Of a stretch of DNA of 64,000 nucleotides, positions 28,694 to 36,654 are shown one piece after another. Position 1 is the first letter of the stretch. Each line of letters opens with the position of its first letter. The stretch is from Terriglobia bacterium. Lineage in GTDB: Bacteria > Acidobacteriota > Terriglobia > UBA7540 > JAPUME01. The notes under the pieces were generated by a model that was not told the DNA's origin, made no database searches, and saw only the letters and a list, made by a program, of their open reading frames with translations. Both the position numbers and the translations under genes were made by a program. The stretch covers positions 25,253-89,252 of the forward strand of contig CBDEGR010000001.1 of NCBI GenBank assembly GCA_965237895.1, written 5' to 3'.

Positions 28694-29458
28694 CTAGGGT
28701 TTGATTTCTTGTCCGTCCGGGCGGAACACGATCACGGTGGCATTGTCTTGCGACGGCAGGGCGTGCGCTTCGACGGCTTGCAGGATGGCGCCGACCAGGC
28801 CGGCGGAAGATGACGGGCCATCGGCGATTTCACGCAGCTCTTCGAGTGAGCACGTCTCCACCCCGTCGCTGGCCAATACCACAAGGTCTCCGGGTTGGAG
28901 CGGCAGAGGGTCCGGCGGCGCGTCGACCCGTTCGATGTCTTCTCCCAGCACGGCCTCCAGCAACCGGGATCGCTCGGCGTCTTCGGCGGCTTCCTGGACC
29001 GTGATCTCGCCGGCCGCGGCGCGTCGGTCGAGGACGCCTCCGATGGAGTGATTCTCGTTCAAGCGATGCACCTCGCGGTTGCGCAACAACCACAGCGGGC
29101 TATCGCCTACACTCACCCACTGCAGCGAATTCCCATCCACGGCGGCGGCTACCAGCGTCGTGCCCATGCCGGCCAAGTGCGGCTCCGCCTCGATACGGTC
29201 GAACAGTGCGAGGTTCGCCGCCTGGAGCGCTCGGAGCAAGCGCTCCCTGGAGCCTGGATCGCGGGCTTCGACAAACGCATCGCGGAAGCTCTCGACCACG
29301 GTGGCGCTGGCTGCATCGCCCGCGGCATGCCCGCCGATGCCATCTCCCAGCAGCAGCAGGTGATAACCGTTGGGCCAGGACAGGCAGGCCGCCCGGTCCT
29401 GCTGAGACTCCCGTTGCCCCTGTATCTGCCCCCAGGCGATGTCGGCCGCCACCGTCAC
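28694..29458 (-). CDS. Soluble PP2C-family Ser/Thr phosphatase
   Basis: LLLLGDGIGGHAAGDAAS, MGTTLVAA, VVLASDGV, QDNATVIVF. Confidence 0.9.
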   Translation of the reverse strand: MTVAADIAWGQIQGQRESQQDRAACLSWPNGYHLLLLGDGIGGHAAGDAASATVVESFRDAFVEARDPGSRERLLRALQAANLALFDRIEAEPHLAGMGTTLVAAAVDGNSLQWVSVGDSPLWLLRNREVHRLNENHSIGGVLDRRAAAGEITVQEAAEDAERSRLLEAVLGEDIERVDAPPDPLPLQPGDLVVLASDGVETCSLEELREIADGPSSSAGLVGAILQAVEAHALPSQDNATVIVFRPDGQEIKP

Positions 29459-30147
29459 TCACCCGGTTCTTCCTGGTCCAGCCATGTGAACTCGTCGTCG
29501 CAAAACGCTATGAATCGCAAGGTCGTTTCGCCCAGGGCAATCCGGCTTCCGGGAGGCAAGGGGGTCGTCTCCAGTACGGGATTCTCGTCAAGATACACCA
29601 GATTGACGCCTTGCCCCTGCTGAACGTAGAACCGATTTCCCCTGGGGTCGTAGGTGAGAACGGCGTGGTCGTTCCGAGAAATCTGCTGGTCGCCGAAGTT
29701 CAGGCGCACGCGGCAGGTCTCGCCTCGGCCGATGCCGTTCTGTCCGTTGCCCAAGCGCACAGAGGAACCCTTGCCCGGGCCATCCACCACCACCAGCCAG
29801 CCGACGACCGGATCCGCCATTCCCGGCTCGTCGCCGCCCTCGGCCCCCTTGCCCGGGGCCCGCCGCCGTCCCCCTGCAATCACGGTCCTCGGATCTCTGC
29901 CTTCCTGGGTATCGCCGCGCGCTCCGCCGCCCGCGGAGCGGGTCACCGGTTTCGTCGGCGCCTCTTCCGGGAACAAGGAGCTGCGCTGTGACCGCGACGG
30001 CGGCGCCGTCGGATCATCGCCTGAGGAAGCACTGCCCGGCCCGGCCGCCTTGTCCGATTCACGGTTCGCAAGTCGCGGCGCATCCTCCGGCAGCGGTGTG
30101 GATGGGATATCGACGGGCACGCCGTCCGGGCCCAGTTTCTTCGCCAT
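29455..30147 (-). CDS. FHA-domain protein with ~120-aa disordered Pro/Ser/Thr-rich N-terminus
   Basis: GWLVVVDGPGKGSSVRLGNGQNGIGRGETCRVRLNFGDQQISRNDHAVLTYDPRGNRFYVQQGQGVNLVYLDENPV. Its stop overlaps the PP2C start (ATGA). Confidence 0.85.
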   Translation of the reverse strand: MAKKLGPDGVPVDIPSTPLPEDAPRLANRESDKAAGPGSASSGDDPTAPPSRSQRSSLFPEEAPTKPVTRSAGGGARGDTQEGRDPRTVIAGGRRRAPGKGAEGGDEPGMADPVVGWLVVVDGPGKGSSVRLGNGQNGIGRGETCRVRLNFGDQQISRNDHAVLTYDPRGNRFYVQQGQGVNLVYLDENPVLETTPLPPGSRIALGETTLRFIAFCDDEFTWLDQEEPGE

Positions 30148-30187
30148 GTCAAGCTCCCTTCTTCATTATTATCCACATATTCACCAT

Positions 30188-31009
30188 CTACTGCCTACTA
30201 TTCCTCTCCTCATAGAGGCGATTGATCAAGTTGTCCAGGCAATACTGGCCGGCGCTGTTGAGCGCGGCTTCCTCCTTTCCCTGGGCCATGTGCAGCAGGA
30301 ACACGAGCACCGCCGACATGATCAAGGCGACCAGCGTGGTGCTGAAGGCGATTCCCAGCTTGGTGGTCATTGCGGCGAACCAGGCTTTGACTTCGTTGGA
30401 CGAGTCCAGGTCGGGCATGTCGCCGGCCGCCGACAGCGCCAGGGCGATCCCAACGACCGTGCCGATAAAGCCCAAGGTCGGGATGAGCCAGACCAGATAC
30501 CGCAGCATATTGTACTTGAGCTCGATCTCGTGCTGCATCAGTTCGAGGCTCGAGTTCATCAGACTGTTGGCTTGATCAATGGACTGGCTGATCTGAAACT
30601 GTTGCACGATCCGGACGATCAGGCGCTGCAGCCGGAAATAACGCGCCTGCTTGACCTTCATGACGTTCCGGTAGAAGGGGATGAGGTCCTTGGCCCGGAG
30701 CATGGTGCTTTCGTCTTCCGGAAGAAGGCCCTTGCCGAACTGCTCCGCTTCGCCGGTGGCGCGGTGAAAGCGAACCCAGAGTTCGCCTAGCCCGAAGAAG
30801 CACATAAGCCACATGACGTTCTGAATCGTCAGCGGATAGATGTTGCTGGCGCGGTCGAGGAGCAGGGCCGAAGCCTGGATCTCACCGGAACCCGCCTCCG
30901 GCCAGGGGAGCGCGAAGGTCAGCAACCCGATGACGGCGCACCCGGCGAGCACCGCCGCCAAGGCCACGATGACCCGGTATTGCTGTTCGTCACCTTCCAG
31001 TGGATTCAT
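30188..31009 (-). CDS. MotA/TolQ/ExbB-family proton-channel protein
   Basis: Four predicted TM segments. YLVWLIPTLGFIGTVVGIALAL and LGIAFSTTLVALIMSAVLVFLL match the conserved C-terminal MotA_ExbB helices. Confidence 0.8.
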   Translation of the reverse strand: MNPLEGDEQQYRVIVALAAVLAGCAVIGLLTFALPWPEAGSGEIQASALLLDRASNIYPLTIQNVMWLMCFFGLGELWVRFHRATGEAEQFGKGLLPEDESTMLRAKDLIPFYRNVMKVKQARYFRLQRLIVRIVQQFQISQSIDQANSLMNSSLELMQHEIELKYNMLRYLVWLIPTLGFIGTVVGIALALSAAGDMPDLDSSNEVKAWFAAMTTKLGIAFSTTLVALIMSAVLVFLLHMAQGKEEAALNSAGQYCLDNLINRLYEERNSRQ

Positions 31010-31024
31010 GTAATCTTCCTGCGA

Positions 31025-31375
31025 TCAGGCTTCGACTTCTCCGGTTTCGACATTTCGGCGCGGCTTGACGGAGACTGGCTCGTAGGCCGGGATCGACGCC
31101 TCGTCGGGGAAAGACCTCCCTTTCAGTATGTCGGTCAGGGCAACCTCGCACTTGCCGAACCGGAGCTTTGCGTCCGAGTCCACGTAGCCCTGCTTGTGGG
31201 ACGCCCACTTACCGTTGCGCAGTACGCGAGTCCCCCGGAGAGAGTTCCGGTCCGTTAAGTAGCAGCGTCCACCGCGGGTCAACGTCAGCTCAGCGTGCAT
31301 CCGGCTCACCGAAATGTCGTCGAGCCGGATGTCGGCGTTCCTGCTGCGGCCAATCGTAAGTGTTTGAAATGCCAT
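31025..31375 (-). CDS. Stand-alone FHA-domain protein (116 aa), first gene of the minus-strand operon
   Basis: LTIGRSRNADIRLDDISVSRMHAELTLTRGGRCYLTDRNSLRGTRV. AGGAAG SD for the next gene lies 15 nt downstream. Confidence 0.85.
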   Translation of the reverse strand: MAFQTLTIGRSRNADIRLDDISVSRMHAELTLTRGGRCYLTDRNSLRGTRVLRNGKWASHKQGYVDSDAKLRFGKCEVALTDILKGRSFPDEASIPAYEPVSVKPRRNVETGEVEA

Positions 31376-31589
31376 CCTTCCACCCCATGGCTATTGCCCC
31401 CTCCAGGTATTCTAGTCCTTTTCCCATCCTGATCCTAGTCAAGGTTGCTCTCGCGATTCCGGGCCAGGAAAGGGAACTTGATGGCCATGCCATGCGCTAA
31501 AGTAGCGTGGCATTCTGACCTGACCGGCTCTCCAGGAGTTTTGTACCAGCTGAAGTGAGATAAAATCTCACCAAGGAGGCCAGCTGGTC

Positions 31590-31868
31590 ATGTCCATCAA
31601 GAAGCACAAGCCGGAACAGATCGTAACAGTACTGCGGCAGATAGAAGTGCAGATGGCGAACGGAAAGACGGCCCCGCAAGCCTGTAAAGAGGCGGAAATC
31701 CACACTCAGACCTATTACCGCTGGCGGAAGGAGTACGGCGGTCTAAAGATGGATCAGGCCAAGCGGTTGAAGGTCCTCGAGCAGGAGAACACTCGCTTGA
31801 GGAGGGCGGTTGCAGACCTGACCTTGGACAAGCAGATTCTGCAGGAGGTCACAAGGGGAAACGGCTAA
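31590..31868 (+). CDS. IS3-family transposase OrfA (HTH)
   Basis: MSIKKHKPEQIVTVLRQIEVQMANGKT..THTQTYYRWRKEYGGLKMDQAKRLKVLEQENTRLRRAVADL (leucine zipper). Confidence 0.9.
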   Translation: MSIKKHKPEQIVTVLRQIEVQMANGKTAPQACKEAEIHTQTYYRWRKEYGGLKMDQAKRLKVLEQENTRLRRAVADLTLDKQILQEVTRGNG

Positions 31869-31912
31869 GCCCGGCGCGTCGCCGGCAGTGGGCGGCGCAT
31901 GTCTGTAAGGCG

Positions 31913-32761
31913 TTGGGTGTCTCGGAACGCCGGGCTTGTCGAGTGCTCAGCCAACCCCGGTCCACCCAGCGCCATCGATGCATCGCTGCTCCCGACGAGG
32001 ATGCCCTGACGAGGGCCATCGTCACCCTGGCCGGTCGGTTTGGTCGCTATGGCTATCGTCGGGTCACGGCCTTGCTGCGGCGAGCCGGGTGGAGGGTCAA
32101 CCATAAGAGAGTGGAGCGCATCTGGAGGCGGGAGGGACTGAAAGTGCCGAAGAAACAGCCCCGCAGAGGCTGGCTGTGGTTGAACGATGGGTCGTGCTTT
32201 CGGTTAAGACCGTGCTGGCAGGATCATGTCTGGGCGTACGATTTTGTGGCAGATCGAACCCACGATGGTCGTCCACTGAAGATCTTGACGGTGGTGGATG
32301 AATACACGCGAGAGTGTTTGGCGATCGACGTAGAACGGCGAGCTGATTCGATGAGTGTCTTGGAACGGCTAGCAGCCTTGTTTGTGGAGCGGGGAGTTCC
32401 CGATTACCTTCGCTCGGATAATGGGTCCGAGTTCACCGCTCGGTTGGTACGGGACTGGCTGGAACGGGTAGGGGTGAAAACCCTGTTCATCGAGCCTGCG
32501 AGCCCCTGGGAAAACGGGTATGTGGAATCGTTTAACGGGAAGTTTCGAGACGAGTTTCTGAATGGAGAGATCTTTTACACCTTGCGGGAAGCGAAGGTGT
32601 TGATTGAGGGATGGCGGCGGGAGTATAACAGAGTTCGCCCGCACAGCGCGTTGGGCTACCGGCCGCCAGCCCCGGAAGTGATCCTGCCGTTACCGCCGGG
32701 TTCCGCTCCGCTCCACCCGGCTGCAACGGAGTATGGACTAACATGGAAGGTGGACCAATAA
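31913..32761 (+). CDS. IS3-family transposase OrfB (rve integrase core); probably expressed as an OrfAB frameshift fusion
   Basis: YGYRRVTALLRRAGWRVNHKRVERIWR, VWAYDFV, LRSDNGSEFTA, PWENGYVESFNGKFRDE, RPHSALGYRPP. Confidence 0.9.
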   Translation: MGVSERRACRVLSQPRSTQRHRCIAAPDEDALTRAIVTLAGRFGRYGYRRVTALLRRAGWRVNHKRVERIWRREGLKVPKKQPRRGWLWLNDGSCFRLRPCWQDHVWAYDFVADRTHDGRPLKILTVVDEYTRECLAIDVERRADSMSVLERLAALFVERGVPDYLRSDNGSEFTARLVRDWLERVGVKTLFIEPASPWENGYVESFNGKFRDEFLNGEIFYTLREAKVLIEGWRREYNRVRPHSALGYRPPAPEVILPLPPGSAPLHPAATEYGLTWKVDQ

Positions 32762-33044
32762 CCGGGGGCAGGTCAGTTGGCGCGTGGGTTTGGTTCATCG
32801 CCCCGGTTGCCGCCGGGGCGTTTCGCTGTACGGCTTTCCTAAGTCTAGCACTAGAACTCGACCGCCGCGCCGACCTGGAACCCGCCGCCTGTTGGCGCGA
32901 CCGTCATCGAGTCCATCACGGCACGTCTGACCACAGAGCTGATCGGGGCAAGACTGTCACTTATGAACTGTGATGAGTTTTATGCGGGTGTGCATAAACA
33001 AGATTTAGAGGGCGCATCGCAGGGCTCAATGGAGGTATCAGATC

Positions 33045-33410
33045 ATGTCAATTGCCGGTGAGGCTTTGAACGGCGTTGGACTGTGGATCACTCGAAGTGA
33101 ACGGAAGCAGGAGCGTGATGACGCAGCTGTGCGGAGCGTTCTGACCGCCGTGAACACGACCAAACGCTATCTAGCTCGTCGCGAGCGCGGCGAACCGATC
33201 GATCGTGAAGCCGAAGCCGAGTTGGTCGAACTCTGGACGGCAGCATCGATCCATATCCGCCGAACCGACCCGGACCTAGCAATAAGGCTCCAAGATAAGG
33301 CTGATTATTGGACGAATCCGGAGAACTGGACAGTTGAAGAAATCGCCGACAACGGAATCCGGATCGACGACATTGCCGAGGAAGGCAGGCGGCTTCTCAG
33401 CGCCGTTTAA
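33045..33410 (+). CDS. Hypothetical protein (121 aa)
   Basis: ORF preceded by GGAGG. Lower-GC DNA. No recognisable motif. Confidence 0.45.
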   Translation: MSIAGEALNGVGLWITRSERKQERDDAAVRSVLTAVNTTKRYLARRERGEPIDREAEAELVELWTAASIHIRRTDPDLAIRLQDKADYWTNPENWTVEEIADNGIRIDDIAEEGRRLLSAV

Positions 33411-33426
33411 CAAAGGAGGAACACAA

Positions 33427-33786
33427 ATGAAAAATTATGCCCAGCTGATCACGCTTGTAGGTGTCGTTGTTGGTGCTTGGCTTGGGTATCTCTACTCTAG
33501 CTCTTTGTCTCAGAAACAGAACCTTGCAAACTATCGCTACGCAGCCTATCAGGATTTTATCAGAGTCAATTTCCTCGATTACGGAGGCGACCCGAACAAA
33601 CTCGACACAGAGAAAGAGAAGCAGTTTGATGCTTACCATCGAGTCGCAGTATTCAGCTCCGCATCGGTGGTGAAGGAGGTTGCAAGTTTCTTAACCGTGG
33701 CGGGTCAGCGAGGCAATACCTGCGATGAAACCGATCGGAAGCAAGCAGATCTCAAGATGCACCAGGCAATTCGCCGCGAGGTTTAA
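33427..33786 (+). CDS. Hypothetical small membrane protein
   Basis: AAAGGAGGA SD 8 nt upstream of ATG 33427. One N-terminal TM (LITLVGVVVGAWLGYLY). Confidence 0.5.
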   Translation: MKNYAQLITLVGVVVGAWLGYLYSSSLSQKQNLANYRYAAYQDFIRVNFLDYGGDPNKLDTEKEKQFDAYHRVAVFSSASVVKEVASFLTVAGQRGNTCDETDRKQADLKMHQAIRREV

Positions 33787-34934
33787 TTGAGATCGCCGGA
33801 TCAGTTATTGGATTGTTTAATCGTAGTGAACCAGGATCCGCACCACCGCCAGCTTGGTGTTGTCGTACAGCATGGGTCGCGGTACTCCGCCGAAGTACGC
33901 GAACGCTTGATTGTGCCCTTCCAGAAACGCCCCCGGCGCTCAGCCGGGTCGCAAAGGTGTGCCGCAACTCGTACAGCGAGAAATGGGGCAACCCGGCACG
34001 CTGCAGCGTCCGGTCCCACAGCTTGGTCACCCTCGTGATGTGCGGCTTGCGCGAGTTCCTCCGCGGGCTCGGGAACAGATAGTCGGAATCGCCGCTCTGC
34101 TTCATCTGCGAGGCGAACGCTTCGCGGACTCGGTCCGTCATCGGCATGTCCGCGATGCCGTTCACCGTCTTGGAATCCGGCAGATGCACGATCCCGTTCT
34201 GCAGGTCGACCTGTTCCTTTCGCATCGGGATCAACTCCCGATAGGGCCGCAGCCCCATCTCCACCATGATCACGATGATGTTGCGCAAGTACACAGATGC
34301 ACAGGCTTCCAGCCGCACCTGCTCCGAGGCGCTCAGATAGTGCGGCTTGCGCGTCGTACCCGCCAGCGCGACCGGAAACTCCACACTGCCGCACGGATTG
34401 ACCGCCAGCCGCCGCTTCTTCACCGCCACGTTCAGGATGCGGCGTCAGGATGCGAAGCTCCTGATGCACGGTGGCCGGCTTGAGCCGACCGCGAAGTTGC
34501 AGCCCCAACTTGGTGTGCACCCGCTTGCCTGTGTTCAATCTCGTCATCAGATACGCTTCTATATCTTCCACTGTGATGTCCGAGAGTCTCTTCTCGCCGA
34601 ACCGAGGCCTGAGGAACTTCAACGCGCTGAGGTTTTGCCGGTGGGTCTTCTCGCTCCGGAAGGGCGGTTGGGAGCGCTTCTCCAGGAACCAGTCTGCCCA
34701 CTGGTTGAAAGTGATCCCACCGTCCGGCGCGGCACTCGGCAGCAACCCCTCGTCGCGAGCCACCAACCGCTTGCGCAGCAGCCAGGCGTCTTCCACTGTT
34801 TTCTCCCAACTCCTTCCTTTCGTTGCTCTTACACGGTTTTGGGGCGTCTGCTTTCGCTCGCAACGCCTACGCCTAGCCCGCTTGATGGGTGAGTTTTCTG
34901 ACGGTTTCTTGACGGTAGTTGCTGCTACAGCCAT
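33752..34934 (-). pseudogene. Tyrosine integrase, at least two frameshifts (near 34435 and near 33930)
   Basis: The N-terminal two fifths are read in ORF 33801..34934 (..FNQWADWFLEKRSQPPFRSEKTHRQNLSALKFLRP..). The catalytic half is in ORF 33752..34429 (..[31 protein letters not shown]). The final LGH/Y segment is lost to another frame. It is a paralog of the intact integrase at 60848. Confidence 0.8.
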
Positions 34935-35021
34935 GCTCTACGGGCTGCACGGCACGTTGTTGCAGTGATAGTTTTCGAACTGCAATAGCCCGGCTCGCCG
35001 TAAGGACGTGCTTCGTCGAGA
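34785..35021. repeat. Inverted copy of the repeat at 9630..9866
   Basis: See 9630..9866. Confidence 0.8.
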
Positions 35022-35266
35022 TGGGTTGCCGACTTCGCAGAAGGTCCGGAGAGCGAAATCAGAGGCAGTTCGAGGGCCGGACCGAGGTGGTTCGCCGCCT
35101 CAAACCGCGTATAATTGCGCGGTACGATGCGAACAGCGAGAATTGACCGGACCGAGGAATTCATGCGAATCGTGATGGAGTTCCTGTGGTCGTTCTGATG
35201 ACAAGCGGCTCCTACGTTCCCCGGTGCTGCTCCTCATGACTTTCTAGAGGTGCGCGTGTGCCAAGA

Positions 35267-36220
35267 CTAGTCGTCCTTGGCTGCCATGTGCGCGCACCAT
35301 CCACAAAATGGCGATGAGTCAAGTTCTTCCGGGGGGATGGGGTTTCCGCATACCGCGCAATCGTGTTCTGCTTCATGTTCACATAGGGCGCAGCGCCGCT
35401 CATCTATAACATATGATCCTTGCCCGCACTCGGGGCATGAGACATACGGAGTCTCGTTGCCGTCTGTGGCCGACAGGTACATATCCCAAGAGAGTGCTTC
35501 CTCAATGGCTCTGGGCACAAAAAATTCAGCATTTTCGGTCTCACCGCAACAACGACATTGGAGGTCGGTTTCATACGAAAACTTGGAAGAAAGCAAATCC
35601 GGTTTGAGGAGATCTGACCCACAATTGGCACACTTCAGTGTCAGGACACCCCTGCTCAGAGCTTCTGATTGCCATTCAAGACACTCAAGCAGCTTCGAGC
35701 ATTCGGCTTTCTCTGCATGATGAACCTCGGTGATCTCCAACATCAACTTCCAAATTTTATCGTTCAGCAACTCTTGTGGATTCTCTTCCAATTCGGTCGC
35801 AATAAAATTCCGAACCAGTACGAAAGAATCGGCAATGACTCCTTCTAATGCCTTCTGAGACAACTGGGGATAATAATGCTCCACGTCGTTCCGCGCTTCA
35901 TTGATCCGTTTAAAACGAGCCCAATCCGTCGCAATTCCCAACTTCTCAAACCATTTTCTTATCTGCTGAATGCCCGCAGTTTTCTTTCCCTCTCCTACAA
36001 ACGAAACATTGCCATCCGCGTCTTGCCTGGGAACCACTTTGGCTTTCATCAGAACATCGTTGGTGCCACTAGGTGAAAGGCGTCTGAGGGCTTCTTTGTA
36101 AAGGAGGAGGATGCCGGCGTGGATATTTCTAACTGCCGAGAGAAGGCGAGCGTGGGTGCCAGAGCAATAGTCATCCACACCGAGCTCAATTGCCTGCACT
36201 GCGTTCTCAAGAAGGTCCAT
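35267..36220 (-). CDS. HEPN (HepT/DUF86-like RNase motif) domain fused to three C-terminal zinc ribbons
   Basis: INEARNDVEHYY fits the R-x4-H-x-Y HEPN/HepT motif and lies late in a ~150-aa helical N-domain. The C-terminal half has six CxxC pairs (CANC, CRCC, CPEC, CALC, CAVC, CGWC). Confidence 0.55.
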   Translation of the reverse strand: MDLLENAVQAIELGVDDYCSGTHARLLSAVRNIHAGILLLYKEALRRLSPSGTNDVLMKAKVVPRQDADGNVSFVGEGKKTAGIQQIRKWFEKLGIATDWARFKRINEARNDVEHYYPQLSQKALEGVIADSFVLVRNFIATELEENPQELLNDKIWKLMLEITEVHHAEKAECSKLLECLEWQSEALSRGVLTLKCANCGSDLLKPDLLSSKFSYETDLQCRCCGETENAEFFVPRAIEEALSWDMYLSATDGNETPYVSCPECGQGSYVIDERRCALCEHEAEHDCAVCGNPIPPEELDSSPFCGWCAHMAAKDD

Positions 36221-36654
36221 TTATGCTCAATCCTTCTAATGTCACATCGTCTAAGTCTGTTCTCTGGCTTCGCATAGATCTTAGATTTGAGCCGGAATTT
36301 CCATTATGACCTCCCGGCTGTGGCAATGATTCGCCTGTTGGCTTGAGTTGGAGCACATTTTTACTGCTTTCCTATTCAGGAGGCAAGATCGCCGTATCCA
36401 GGTGAGACAAGATCGCCGGATTCCCTCATTTTCAGGCAGGTTGATCCACACCTCGCCGCCCCCGCACCTATTTCTCGGATCGTCTTTTCTGCTCGCAGGC
36501 TCCAGCTACACATCAGGCACTGGGTAGGGCAGCAATCCTCCGCACCATCGCTCCGGGTCACCAGAACCAACGCCAGTAGCGCAACCCCCGCCCAATTCCG
36601 CCCCGCCATCCAAGCCCGGAACAGTAAGACCGGAGACTCGGTGTATATTGAGAG

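Larger units (their letters stand above)
31516..32775 (+). mobile_element. Complete IS3-family insertion sequence (1.26 kb)
   Basis: Ends TGACCTGACCGG... and ...GGGGGCAGGTCA. orfA and orfB are present, with orfB in the -1 frame relative to orfA. No clean target-site duplication seen. Confidence 0.85.

Noticed and set aside
27206-28813. 535-aa + ORF
   Set aside because: It is antisense to the trypsin-like/coiled-coil/FHA gene. The Leu/Phe/Gln runs are the mirror image of the E/Q/K coiled coil.
29654-30790. 378-aa + ORF, with similar ORFs at 28895..29623, 29206..29991 and 20836..21663
   Set aside because: They are antisense to the FHA, MotA/ExbB, PP2C and M4 genes and have no motifs of their own.
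20344-31375. Interpretation as a type VI secretion TagE-H/PpkA-PppA-Fha regulatory module
   Set aside because: No T6SS core genes (TssA-M, Hcp, VgrG, ClpV) lie anywhere in the 64 kb. The cluster also carries MotA/ExbB and protease modules that are not part of that pathway.
31376-31515. TTGACT ... TAGAAT as promoter of the FHA/MotA operon (minus strand)
   Set aside because: The spacer is about 22 nt, too long for a sigma70 promoter, so it is not reported as a feature.
33427-33786. Possible family relationship between this small membrane protein and the partial ORF at 63770..64000 (both near integrase remnants)
   Set aside because: They share only an N-terminal TM and a loose F-x7-(L/V)-(Y/F)-(C/S) pattern. 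That is too weak to claim without an alignment tool.
36376-36609. 77-aa minus-strand ORF with a hydrophobic N-terminus and several Cys (possible small secreted peptide)
   Set aside because: No SD, no supporting motif, and it lies in an intergenic stretch with a solo IS1380 end. Support is insufficient.
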